A DNA stretch of 64,000 nucleotides from an uncultured bacterium (lineage in GTDB: Bacteria; Omnitrophota; Omnitrophia; Omnitrophales; Abzuiibacteriaceae), in NCBI GenBank assembly GCA_964387845.1, contig CAYLXA010000010.1, forward strand, positions 1 through 64,000, written 5' to 3'. A program made the position numbers and the translations under genes. Under the pieces are notes generated by a model. The model saw only the letters and a list, made by a program, of their open reading frames with translations. It was not told where the DNA came from and did not search any database. Positions 1-10,200 of this stretch are shown piece by piece; positions within the stretch are counted from its first letter, which is position 1, and the number at the start of each line of letters is the position of its first letter.

Positions 1-76
1 ACACCGAAAGAAATGTTTCAATCACTCAGTGGTGCGCTTCCTGGTTGAATGTAGCCAGTGCAACTTTAAAGTTAAA

Positions 77-120
77 AGTTAAAAATTAAACGAAAGTAAG
101 CTATTGGTCAGTTTTTAACT
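77..120. terminator. Inverted repeat (9-bp stem AGTTAAAAA/TTTTTAACT, plus a 12-bp perfect palindrome AACTTTAAAGTT at 63..74) followed by a T-rich run. Likely a bidirectional terminator between an off-window plus gene and the minus lipoprotein gene.
   Basis: Stem complementarity read directly. T-rich tail TTAAATTTTGAGTTTTAT follows. Confidence 0.35.
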
Positions 121-134
121 TTAAATTTTGAGTT

Positions 135-1538
135 TTATATGGCGGAAGGGCCGGCAGCGTGAAAAAGTCCGTCGATATCCAGCTTCTTGCGGCGGAAGAG
201 TTCAAGGTCGGTTGAATTGAGGCTGGTAGAAGAAGAGGGCAGAAGAATGTTCACCAGTTCCAGATAATCAAAATCCTGGAATTGATAGCTTCGCATGACG
301 GTCACAAATTCATTTACGACGATATTGAACACATACAGAAAATCTTCATCGTTCATCCAATCTTCAATCAGCGCGGCCGGCACACCCGGTGACGCAGGTT
401 TAGGACGCATGCTGAACTCGAGCGAAAAATAGCTGCGCGCACCTTCTTCTTTTGCTTTTTGATAATTTAACTCGATTTTGTGTGCACTGATCGTATTAAA
501 GACACGTTCATCAATCGACAAAGCCGAATTGATGCGCCGCGTAATCTGCGTCGCTAAAAAATCACCCGTCTGGATGTCATCGACTTCGAATTCGGGTTTC
601 CATTCGCTTAAATTTTCATCGAGATTAAGCTCTTCGGGAAACGGGATTTTCTGCAGGATGCCGCTTGAATCCACAAAATTAAACGGGATGATCCTTGAAA
701 TTGCGTACTGTTCTGGCGTCTTCCCTTCAATGACAAAAATATATTCGACCGTGGAGCCGGAGGGATATAAAAATTCTCGCGGATTGGCTCCGGGTTTTAC
801 ATCATAAGTTTCTTTCACCTTCACATAAACGAGCGCCTCGCCGTCGGATGAAACCTGAGAGCGGAGGTCGAGAAAATCGAAATGAATGTTCGTTTTATTG
901 TCTGCTTCTAGGAGTGTCCGGTGGAAAAAGGGAGACAACGATTCGTTATCGATCTTGCGTGAGAAATTCTCAGGCAGGATTTGCTCAATCGGGTCTGTAC
1001 CGATTGCGTTAAATAAACGCTTCACCGGCCGTGACCAGACGACCGTGCGGTTAAGCCGGAGATCGTGTAAGACGCGTTTTCTGTATTCATTCCGCGAAAT
1101 ATCCCAAAGCCGGACGCGCTTGATATCCGAAACATTGCCGACCAGCACCATTTCAAGGCCGGTGTTTTCCGTGTCGGTTGCCTGCAGAACGTAAAAATCG
1201 ATTTTCTTGTCGGTGCTCAAAACGACCCGGGATGTCGTGAATAAAACATCTTCCACCTGCTCCATGGCTTCCGGTGACGGCTCGAGAAGCGATTCGATGT
1301 TCTGGACGTTGGCCAGCAAAGCTTCTTTCAGGTTTGTCGCAAATAATTTTCTCAAGGGCAGGAAAACGCCGATGGTGTTGCCGTTAAACTTCACCTGGAT
1401 GTTTTCGATTCCGTATTCTTTGCGGCAAATCTCGCGCAGTTCATCGACAATCCGGTTTTCAGGGTATGTTTGATGGCAGCCCGCGAGCGCCAATGCCAGC
1501 ACGATAACGATGAGTGATTTTGAAGTCATGTTTTTCAT
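135..1538 (-). CDS. Hypothetical lipoprotein (467 aa)
   Basis: N-terminal signal peptide with lipobox (LALALAGC). No recognisable catalytic motif. Confidence 0.5.
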   Translation of the reverse strand: MKNMTSKSLIVIVLALALAGCHQTYPENRIVDELREICRKEYGIENIQVKFNGNTIGVFLPLRKLFATNLKEALLANVQNIESLLEPSPEAMEQVEDVLFTTSRVVLSTDKKIDFYVLQATDTENTGLEMVLVGNVSDIKRVRLWDISRNEYRKRVLHDLRLNRTVVWSRPVKRLFNAIGTDPIEQILPENFSRKIDNESLSPFFHRTLLEADNKTNIHFDFLDLRSQVSSDGEALVYVKVKETYDVKPGANPREFLYPSGSTVEYIFVIEGKTPEQYAISRIIPFNFVDSSGILQKIPFPEELNLDENLSEWKPEFEVDDIQTGDFLATQITRRINSALSIDERVFNTISAHKIELNYQKAKEEGARSYFSLEFSMRPKPASPGVPAALIEDWMNDEDFLYVFNIVVNEFVTVMRSYQFQDFDYLELVNILLPSSSTSLNSTDLELFRRKKLDIDGLFHAAGPSAI

Positions 1539-1603
1539 ATAAAAGCAAAAACGCCTTCAGCGCTTAAACCTGTGCCGAAGACGTTTTGACTATCCGAGCA
1601 AAA

Positions 1604-3289
1604 TTATTTTTTGCTTTCTTCGGTTGCTTCCGCTCCGACTTTGCCGTTGCCGTCCGTTTTCGCATAGGAAAAGAGGCGCGGGTTCGGCTTTCCGTATTCG
1701 TTAAATATCGCTTCGATTTCGTCGTATTCCAATTCTTCGCGTGTCAATAATTCATGCGCAAACCGTTCGTAAATCGCTTTTTCTTTTGTCAAAAGCTGTT
1801 CGGTTTCTTTCAAACATTGCTGCATGATATCGCCCGTTTCCTTATTGAGCTGGTCCTTCATTTTTTCGGACATCTGGCTCTCGGGCACAACCGTGAAATC
1901 GCCAACCAAACCGGAATTGCCCATGCCGATTTTCCAGACCATTGCATGCGCAAGCGCCATGGCTTTCTCAAAATCGGACGAAACACCGTTAGAAGTTGAC
2001 CCGAATTTCAATTTTTCGCCCACATAGCCTGCAAGACAGACTTTAATATCCGCCAAAAGGGTTTCCTTGTCTTTCGTGAACCATTCCTCGCGCGGTGTCG
2101 GATGAACAACGCCTAGTGCGCTTTTTCGAGGAATGATGGACGCTTTAAACACGTCGCTGCGAGGATGGATCAAATAAGTGACGACGAGGTGACCGGCTTC
2201 GTGATGTGCTGTGATTTCTCGTTCGCGCGGCGTCATCTTAATTTTGTGTTTCACGCCGAGCTCAATGCGCTCAACAGCATCCGAAATTTCACGAAACGAA
2301 ACAACTTCTTTTCCCTTGCGCGTTGCAATGAGCGCGGCTTCTTTTACAATGTTCTCGATTTCGGCCGGTGATTTTCCGACGGCTTTGCGCGCAAGGCGCC
2401 GGCAATCGATGGAGCTTTCATGCTTCACTTTCTTCAAATAGTACTGGAATAGACCTTCGCGTTCGTCTAAACCGGGGCGCCCGATGTAAACTTTTCGGTC
2501 AAAACGACCGGGCCGCAGCAAAGCAGGATCCAGGGATTCTTCGGGCGCGTTCGTGGCACCGATCACAATCACATTTTCCGCTTCCGCGCCGAGGCCGTCC
2601 ATTTCGACGAGGATTTGATTTTGTGTTGAATTGGTTTCTGAATTTCCGAATTGATTGAACGTGCGGTTTTTGCCCATCGCGTCAAGTTCGTCGATGAAAA
2701 TAATGCAGCCGCCGAATCCGTATGCAAGCGAACGGGCTTTCTTGAAAAGTTTGCGGACACGCGAAGCGCCGACGCCGACGAAAATTTCGACAAATTCACT
2801 CGCCGCCATGGAAATAAACGGAAGACCGGCTTCCGTCGCAATGGCTTTCGCAAGATAAGTCTTGCCGCATCCCGGAGGTCCGAGCATCAAAATACCGCGC
2901 AGGATTTTCCCGCCGATTTTTTTGAGTTTGGCGTGGTCTTTGATGAGTTGAACAACTTCCCAAGCTTCTTCTTTGGCTTCTTCAATGCCGATCACGTCAC
3001 TGAACTTAACGTTGACCTCATCGCCCTTAATGGATTTCTTATCGACTTTGGCGAATCCACCGCGCATAACGCCCATGTACATATAAACGAAAATGAGCGC
3101 GTTTAAAGCCACCATTACCATTTGGATCGGCATGGTCGCAAGCGTGATATTGCGGTAATAAGATTCAAGAGACATCATTCCCCAAACTGCTAAAATCACC
3201 AGAACGATTCCGGCAAGAATAATCAGGATCGTCGTGCGGTAATTGAGGAAATGCATTTTCATGCGGCGGTAAAACCTGGATTGAGACAT
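1604..3289 (-). CDS. ftsH: FtsH-family ATP-dependent zinc metalloprotease with a short periplasmic loop
   Basis: Two N-terminal TM segments, Walker A GPPGCGKT, DELD Walker B, and a C-terminal HEAGH zinc-binding motif. Confidence 0.85.
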   Translation of the reverse strand: MSQSRFYRRMKMHFLNYRTTILIILAGIVLVILAVWGMMSLESYYRNITLATMPIQMVMVALNALIFVYMYMGVMRGGFAKVDKKSIKGDEVNVKFSDVIGIEEAKEEAWEVVQLIKDHAKLKKIGGKILRGILMLGPPGCGKTYLAKAIATEAGLPFISMAASEFVEIFVGVGASRVRKLFKKARSLAYGFGGCIIFIDELDAMGKNRTFNQFGNSETNSTQNQILVEMDGLGAEAENVIVIGATNAPEESLDPALLRPGRFDRKVYIGRPGLDEREGLFQYYLKKVKHESSIDCRRLARKAVGKSPAEIENIVKEAALIATRKGKEVVSFREISDAVERIELGVKHKIKMTPREREITAHHEAGHLVVTYLIHPRSDVFKASIIPRKSALGVVHPTPREEWFTKDKETLLADIKVCLAGYVGEKLKFGSTSNGVSSDFEKAMALAHAMVWKIGMGNSGLVGDFTVVPESQMSEKMKDQLNKETGDIMQQCLKETEQLLTKEKAIYERFAHELLTREELEYDEIEAIFNEYGKPNPRLFSYAKTDGNGKVGAEATEESKK

Positions 3290-3440
3290 CTGACACTCCT
3301 TAAAAACTGCTAATTGCTGTTATTGAACGATCAAAACAATACAATTATAACCTAAAAAGACACGTGAGATTAAACTATACCTGAGAATGGCAACGCTTGT
3401 CAAGCTGACGGATCAGATAAAAATTTCCATAAGTCATTTA

Positions 3441-3752
3441 TTAGTAATAGCTTATGTCATATTCCTCTTGGGAGCCCTCTTTATCCTCCGATTCATCCTT
3501 AACCCACTCCCACTTTTTCAAGGACGCTTCCTCTAATTGCTCAACCGGAGCTTTCACAAAAAATACGCCGGTATCATGCACCAACTTAAAAGTCGGTGCC
3601 GGAGCCCCAGGTTTTGGCTCATCTTTTAAAGTTTCTTCAGTTACCGGAACCGCTTTTGACTGGGTTTCCAAAATAGGGTCTCGAGATCCGAAGGCCCAAG
3701 CTAAATTTGAAATCATGCATAAAACGGCAAGAATCGGAAATAGTTTTACCAT
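3441..3752 (-). CDS. Small secreted hypothetical protein (103 aa)
   Basis: Signal peptide MVKLFPILAVLCMISNLAWA followed by an acidic C-terminus. Confidence 0.4.
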   Translation of the reverse strand: MVKLFPILAVLCMISNLAWAFGSRDPILETQSKAVPVTEETLKDEPKPGAPAPTFKLVHDTGVFFVKAPVEQLEEASLKKWEWVKDESEDKEGSQEEYDISYY

Positions 3753-3866
3753 CTTTTTATGAACCCTTTAAACCACATACCTAAAAGTTTACCACATGTT
3801 CTGTAGTCGTAAGTGGTAAGCTCATACGATTCACTTACCACTTAGCACTTAACACTTACAACTGTT

Positions 3867-6620
3867 TTATGCGAGATACTTCTTCAGAAACTGGCCCGTA
3901 TGGGAGCCGCTTGTTTTCATCAATCCTTCAACCGCGCCGCTGTAAACAATTTCGCCGCCCTTTTCGCCGCCTTCCGGCCCGAGATCGATCACATAATCGG
4001 CACATTTAATAATTTCCATGTTGTGTTCGATGACACAGATTGAATGGCCTTTTTTAAGAATCTTGTCAAAAGCCGACAGCAAAAGTTCGACGTCATGATA
4101 ATGAAGGCCGGTAGTCGGCTCATCAAACAAATAAAGCAGGTTGGAAGTCCCGTTATGGCTCATCTCCGCCGCCAGCTTGAGCCGCTGCGCTTCTCCGCTT
4201 GAAAGCGTGGTTGCGCTCTGCCCCAGCCGTAAATATCCCAAACCCATATCCACCAGGATCGAAAGCTTCTGCACAATGCGCTCTTCGGTAGAAAAAAACC
4301 GGACCGCTTCATCAATCGTGAGCTGCAGCACTTCATGAATATTTTTTCCGTGATAACGGATATCCAAAACATGATTTTGATAGCGCGTTCCTTGGCAAGA
4401 TTCACACGTGACAAAAACATCGGCCAAAAAATGCATTTCAACTTTTAAAAACCCGGCACCTTCACAGCGTTCGCAGCGCCCGCCGGGAACGTTGAATGAA
4501 AAAAGGCCGGCTTGAAGTTTTTTAGCCTTTGCGTCTTTGGTTTTCGCGAATGCGGCGCGGACATCATCAAAAACTTTGAGGTACGTCGCCGGATTGGAGC
4601 GCGGCGTGCGGCCGATCGGCGACTGGTCAATCAAAACCATATCGGAAATTAAATGGAATCCGTCCGTTTGCCTCGTTAAACCGACTTCGGAAATGGGTCG
4701 CCCGCGAAACCGTTCGTAATTGGCGTACAAAATATCATAGAGCAGTGTACTTTTCCCGGAACCCGAAACGCCGGTCAGCACCACCAGCCGGTGAAGCGGA
4801 ATTTTGAGCGAAATGTCCTTCAAATTGTGGTGCCGCGCGCCGCGGATCTCGATCCAGCCGTCGTGCTTGCCGTTTGTTTTGAGGTGTTCGCGCTCGATTT
4901 CGAATTCATGTTTAAAATATTTGGCAGTCAACGATTGGTTTGATTTTTTTAGCTCAGCAAAAGGCCCCGCGTAAATAATTTCACCGCCTTTTTCGCCGCC
5001 AAACGGCCCCAGGTCGATGATTTTGTCCGCCGCTTCGATCATCGAACGGTCGTGTTCGACAATCACGACCGTATTGCCGCGGTCGCGGAGTTCTTTCAGA
5101 AGCCGGATTAGCATATGATTATCGCGCTCATGAAGGCCGATGCTGGGCTCATCCAGCACGTAAAGCGTATCGACGAGTGCGGAACCCAAGGACGTGGCCA
5201 AATTAATCCGCTGAGCCTCGCCGCCCGAAAGTGTGCGTGAAGCGCGGTCGAGCGTCAGGTAACCCAAACCGACTTCGTCCAAAAAGCGGAGCCGGTTATT
5301 AATTTCGAGGAGAATCGGTTCTGCAATTTGGCTTTGCTGCTCATCCAATTTGAGCGTATGAAAGAAAGCCCTGCTTTTTTCAATCGTCATTTTGCTGACT
5401 TGTGAAATATTGAGCTCGGCAATTTTTACCAGCGTTGCTTCGGGCTTGAGACGAGCCCCCCGGCATTCACCGCACGGAAGGTAAGCGCGGTACTTGCTTA
5501 GAAAAACACGGACGTGCATTTTATAAACTTTTTTCTCGAGATATTTGAAGAAATCCTGAACGCTGAAATAATCACTCGTGCCGTCACCGTTTAAAATCCA
5601 ATTTTTTTGTTCTTCCGTGAGGTCGCGGTAGGGTTTATCGAGCGGGATTTTTTTGTGGCGGCAAAAATTCTTTAATTGGTCGAATTCGGATTTTGCACTT
5701 GGTTTTGTCCACGGTTCAATGGCGCCCTGCGCAATTGATTTTGAATCATCGGGAATGACCAAATTCCAGTCAATCGTAATTACGCGCCCAAAGCCCTGGC
5801 AGGCCGGACATGCGCCGAGCGGGTTGTTGAAAGAAAATAAATTCGGCGTCGGGCTTTTGTGCTCAATGTCGCAGGTTCCGCAGGCAAACCGGTTCGAGAA
5901 ACGGAGCGTTTCCTTGCCGGCCAAGATTTCAACCCTGCCCTTCCCATATCGGAAACCTGTTTCAAGAGCTTCAATAACGCGCGAATGATTGTCTGAATGA
6001 ATCTCCATTTCATCCGCCATAACGGACAACGGGGCTGCGACTTGTTCTAAAACATCAATCGCGGCTGTTTTCCCTTTTGACCTCGCTTTTAAAAACCCCT
6101 GCTTTTCATATTCGGCCAAAGCCGATTTCAGGAATTTCGCCGAATTTTCCGAAGTTTTAACGGGAAAAAGAATTTGGACATTTTCTCCAGAATAAGTTTG
6201 CGTAAGAAATTTTGAAATTGATTCGGGCGTATCAACGCTGACTAATTTACCGCACTTCGCGCAAAAAGTCTGGCCAATGCGTGCAAACAAGAGCCGCAAA
6301 TAATCGTTGATTTCGGTTTGGGTGCCGACCGTCGAGCGGGCATTGGTGACAATATTCTTTGCTTCAATTGCAATCGACGGCAAAATGCCTTCGATGAATT
6401 CGATGTCCGGTTTCTCCATGCGCTCTAAAAATTGACGCGCATAGGAAGAAAGCGATTCCACATAACGCCGCTGCCCTTCGGCATACAGAGTATCGAAAGC
6501 GAGAGACGACTTTCCGGAACCGCTCACGCCGGTCACAACAGTCAGTGTCCGGTAGGGAAAATCAATACTCAAATTTTTAAGATTGTGCGTTCTAACACCG
6601 CGTAAGGAGATAGCTTTCAT
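3867..6620 (-). CDS. uvrA: Excinuclease ABC subunit A
   Basis: Tandem ABC ATPase modules (GVSGSGKSSLAFDTLYAEGQRRYVESLSSYARQFL and a second GVSGSGKSTL), zinc-finger cysteine pairs, 917 aa. Confidence 0.95.
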   Translation of the reverse strand: MKAISLRGVRTHNLKNLSIDFPYRTLTVVTGVSGSGKSSLAFDTLYAEGQRRYVESLSSYARQFLERMEKPDIEFIEGILPSIAIEAKNIVTNARSTVGTQTEINDYLRLLFARIGQTFCAKCGKLVSVDTPESISKFLTQTYSGENVQILFPVKTSENSAKFLKSALAEYEKQGFLKARSKGKTAAIDVLEQVAAPLSVMADEMEIHSDNHSRVIEALETGFRYGKGRVEILAGKETLRFSNRFACGTCDIEHKSPTPNLFSFNNPLGACPACQGFGRVITIDWNLVIPDDSKSIAQGAIEPWTKPSAKSEFDQLKNFCRHKKIPLDKPYRDLTEEQKNWILNGDGTSDYFSVQDFFKYLEKKVYKMHVRVFLSKYRAYLPCGECRGARLKPEATLVKIAELNISQVSKMTIEKSRAFFHTLKLDEQQSQIAEPILLEINNRLRFLDEVGLGYLTLDRASRTLSGGEAQRINLATSLGSALVDTLYVLDEPSIGLHERDNHMLIRLLKELRDRGNTVVIVEHDRSMIEAADKIIDLGPFGGEKGGEIIYAGPFAELKKSNQSLTAKYFKHEFEIEREHLKTNGKHDGWIEIRGARHHNLKDISLKIPLHRLVVLTGVSGSGKSTLLYDILYANYERFRGRPISEVGLTRQTDGFHLISDMVLIDQSPIGRTPRSNPATYLKVFDDVRAAFAKTKDAKAKKLQAGLFSFNVPGGRCERCEGAGFLKVEMHFLADVFVTCESCQGTRYQNHVLDIRYHGKNIHEVLQLTIDEAVRFFSTEERIVQKLSILVDMGLGYLRLGQSATTLSSGEAQRLKLAAEMSHNGTSNLLYLFDEPTTGLHYHDVELLLSAFDKILKKGHSICVIEHNMEIIKCADYVIDLGPEGGEKGGEIVYSGAVEGLMKTSGSHTGQFLKKYLA

Positions 6621-6674
6621 AGATTCTTCTTATTACATAGCCACAAACGCGGTAAAAACAAACCGTGCCGGTCT

Positions 6675-7151
6675 TTACTGAACTGCTTGAGGCTGGCTGA
6701 CTTCCGAAGCTTCTGCGTCTTGAGGAGGCGTTTGTTTTTCGGGGCGAGGCGGCAAAGCGCTCAACACTTCATTAACCGCTTCAAGCAATTGCGTGCATGC
6801 TTTGCCTTTGCAACTGGTGTGGGCTGGGTCAATTTCAACCGAAGTTTCCTTCTCGCTCACATATTTCACCAAGACTCGGACATACTGCCTGTCCACACCA
6901 AACCAATTTCCGTAATTCGTGTTGCGCATCTCAATAACACCCAACTCTTTACGGGTTGCGCTAAATACCCAATCATTGTTCGAATCAAGCGTCTCCATCG
7001 TTCTCAAAAATACCAAATCATAAGGCTGCTCGTAGGTATAAACTTTATAAGTAATCGGTTCATATTTAGAAAAGGTGCCGCAACTTGATACAAATGCCAG
7101 AAGGAAAAGCCAGAGAATTGAGCGCTTCGTCATAGGATTAGGCTCCGTCAT
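6675..7151 (-). CDS. Hypothetical lipoprotein (158 aa)
   Basis: Signal peptide with lipobox (FVSSCG). Confidence 0.45.
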   Translation of the reverse strand: MTEPNPMTKRSILWLFLLAFVSSCGTFSKYEPITYKVYTYEQPYDLVFLRTMETLDSNNDWVFSATRKELGVIEMRNTNYGNWFGVDRQYVRVLVKYVSEKETSVEIDPAHTSCKGKACTQLLEAVNEVLSALPPRPEKQTPPQDAEASEVSQPQAVQ

Positions 7152-7213
7152 TGAGTTGAAAAATATTAAAGACCAAGGGGCATTTTATCGGAATTAAAGG
7201 CCTTCATCAACCA

Positions 7214-10200
7214 TTAAAACTTGCCGGAAACCCGGGTAAAAAACCCGTGATTACGGTATGAATTTGAATTCCGAAGATCGTCATCAAAATCCGTAAAATT
7301 ATAGCCAATGCCAAAACGGATATACTCGATAATTTCACGGTCAATTTCCAAAAGAATACCGTCATGGACGGTAGATAAGAGATCGTAATCAAAGCGGATA
7401 CGATATTCGGCTGCAATATCCCATTTGCGCGTTACATGAAAATTAAACCGAGTGACGGTCAAGAAAATTCTTGAATTAATCCATTCGCCCGAAGCGCCCG
7501 ATCGGATATTGCCGAATTTGTAACCGAATTTTTGCGCTAAACTAAACCAGCGTGAGAAATCATAAATACCTTCCAAGCCTAAAATTTGAGAAGTCTCATC
7601 AATTTGCACGCCGTTAAAATCTAAATTCTGAAATTGCCCCGCAGGTCCAAAATCACGCATCCACGTGTAGCGCGAAATAATATTAAGCCGGTTATGGTGG
7701 ACAGGCCGATACGAAACGCCGGCGTTTAATTCCGTAAAACTGCCGTCTTGATTGCCCGCATCGCCTGTTTGCGTGCTTACGGATTGGTTTAACTTGGCTT
7801 TGAACCGATAGTCCTGGCTGATTTTCCAATCTAACTCATTGGCGGTCAGCCATTGATACCGCCGGATATTGCCGCGGTCAAGGCGGCCTTCAATCCGGTG
7901 GCTTAAACGCAAGCGTTCATGGCCATGATAGCCAAGCTGCAAAGCCATTGCGGTTCTTTCAACATTCAAAATGCCGTCTTGGACATCTACATTGTCTTTA
8001 ATCTCCGTTATTTCTTTAAAATCATGGACTCTGCTTCTTTCACCGCTAATATCTAAATTCCATTTTTCTGATAAATCAGTATTGTAGCCAACCACATTAC
8101 CCACTTTATCTCCCGTCCTATAGGTAGATATCTGACGTTCCGAGTAAATTCGGGAATTATCGTTAACCTGTTGCGAGCTTCCAATGGTTGTGTTTACAGA
8201 ACGGCCGATGCCACCGTTTTTTGGAGCAGATTCGATATGAGAATAAATACTGGCGCCATCTTTAGGTTGAGTCTGAAATCCGATCCGCGCCGAATCGCCC
8301 AGATTGCCCGCCAAAACTTCGGCATGCACCGTGCCTTTACCCTCAATGGCCGCCTCAATACCGCCGCCGTAACGGTTGTTGGGCTCGCTGCCCGCGCTTG
8401 TCACCTGCCCTTTTAAATAAGGCATCCATTGATTATCCAGCCGATAGCCAAGTTTAGCGCCAAAACCATTTTCAAACTGCTGCTCATCAAAAATCGGTTC
8501 AAAGCCCAAAGAACCGCCGCGCGCGCCGTTGAATTGTTCTTTGCGATATTCCAAAACTGCCAAATATTTTTCATAATCAAATGTGCCCTGGACGGATTGG
8601 GTGAAAAGTTCGGGCTCATTGGTCACAAAGCGATTTTCCAGATAATCAGCCCGGTATTTGGCTCGTAAATATTTCCCGAATTTCTGGGCCAATTCAAAAC
8701 CCGCGCCGCGGTCGCCTTTCTGACTAACTAAAGTTGCGTTCGAAAAACCCTTTTCGAATTTTTTTGCGTAAGCAGAAATATCGGTTGATTCAAATGGTTT
8801 TGATTCCGCTTTGACAAGCCAGGCGCCGTCAAGCAAACGGTTTTCTTTGGCAATTTCTTTGTCGCCGGTTGTGATATTCTTGAAAGTGATACCGCCGTTG
8901 TAAGAAACCGCATTCCGGACTTGAGGGTCTTTTGAGTGAGCGTATTCTGCCGTCACTCTCGTATTTTTGCCGACATGGATCGTCGTATCAACACCGCGTA
9001 AATCATACTCACGGTCCTGGCGCTGTTCGCGCAATGCTGTTCCGCCGACTTTTATGAAATTCCCCAAATAGGTGTAGCCGCGTACGCCGGCCGGCTGGTC
9101 GCCGAAAAGGTCTTGTGATTCAAATTCATAGTCAACGATCAAATAAACCTGGCTGCCATCCAGAACACTGTTTGACAAAATGGAGTCGCTGAAAGCGACG
9201 GATGAGAGCGGCTTCCTTAAAATAATCCTGCCGTTCGGATAATCAATTTCGTAGTCCGTTCCGACAATCAAATCTTTGCTGGATAATGCGGCGCCGTGGA
9301 TCTGGTCCCGGATTTCAATCCTGATTTTTTCGCTGCCTTCCACCACGTTTCTATTTCGAAGATAATAAAGTGATCCCCCAGTCCCTACAAACTCGTTGTG
9401 ATCGGCGAGCTGATTAGCTTTGGCGGCAAACACCGTAACGCCGCGCTTTGAATCCCCGTTCGGCGTTGTTGCCAACACCTCATGATGGACTTTGAGGCCG
9501 GAAAGCGTGCGGCTATAAGTTGATAATTCCGTATCGTTAAATTCCGTTTCAAAACTTCCCCACTTCAGAAACGAGCGGTTCATCTCAACCAGTAGGTAAA
9601 GTCTTTCCTGTGTATCCCGGGCTTCGTAATTAATCTCGGAATCATCGCCGTAAACCGGATAATAATGTTCGGGGTCTAAATTGGTAAAGAGCTGCTGTCT
9701 GGGGTCGCGGCTTGTGTTGTAATGAGAAGTGACCAGAAACTTCCCTTTTATTTTTCCTTTCAAATAGTAAGAAAATTTTCCGTCTTGATAAAAACTGTGA
9801 TGAAATTTCTGATCCCGGCCTACGGTTTCAAGGTTGCCTTTGAAAATATTGCCGCCGATTTCTTCTTCACCCAAAGCGACCATGAAAAATGCGGTATCTT
9901 TGACATCGACTTCTTCTTGATATGTTACCGCTTTCCCTTCCGAGTCGATCGATTTGACAAACACCGACTGTTTTCCTGGTTCCGTAAACAACTCTGTTTC
10001 AAAAATGCCGTCAGGCTTGACAGTTATCCGCTGGTCATTCACTTCCAAATAACGGCCCGGCAATGTTTGGCCGCGAATCATCAAAGTTGGCTTTGCAGTC
10101 AATGGGATACTGCGTTTGCCGTCCCGTAGAATATTCGAAAACCCTGTTGCGGGAATTTCAACCGATGCAAATTCACTTGAAGAGTCCAGCTTGCTGACTG

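Noticed and set aside
478-1473. Plus-strand ORFs of 88-109 aa inside the minus-strand lipoprotein gene. Similar short opposite-strand ORFs occur inside ftsH, uvrA, the OMP genes, the arg/dap genes, asd, leuB and glgA.
   Set aside because: They are low-complexity translations fully embedded antisense in well-supported genes, with no promoter, SD or conservation signal. They are typical antisense artefacts. Cassettes A and B are treated differently because they carry consensus promoters, SDs and a paralogue.
3753-3866. CACTTAC/CACTTAG/CACTTAA repeats and a GTAAGTGGTAAG/CTTACCACTTAG hairpin downstream of uvrA
   Set aside because: Short imperfect repeats without a following U-tract. At most a weak terminator or promoter-region curiosity, with no element boundaries seen.
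7207-7416. 69-aa ORF overlapping the C-terminus of the 1554-aa OMP in another frame
   Set aside because: It lies wholly within the barrel-coding region and has no independent start signals.
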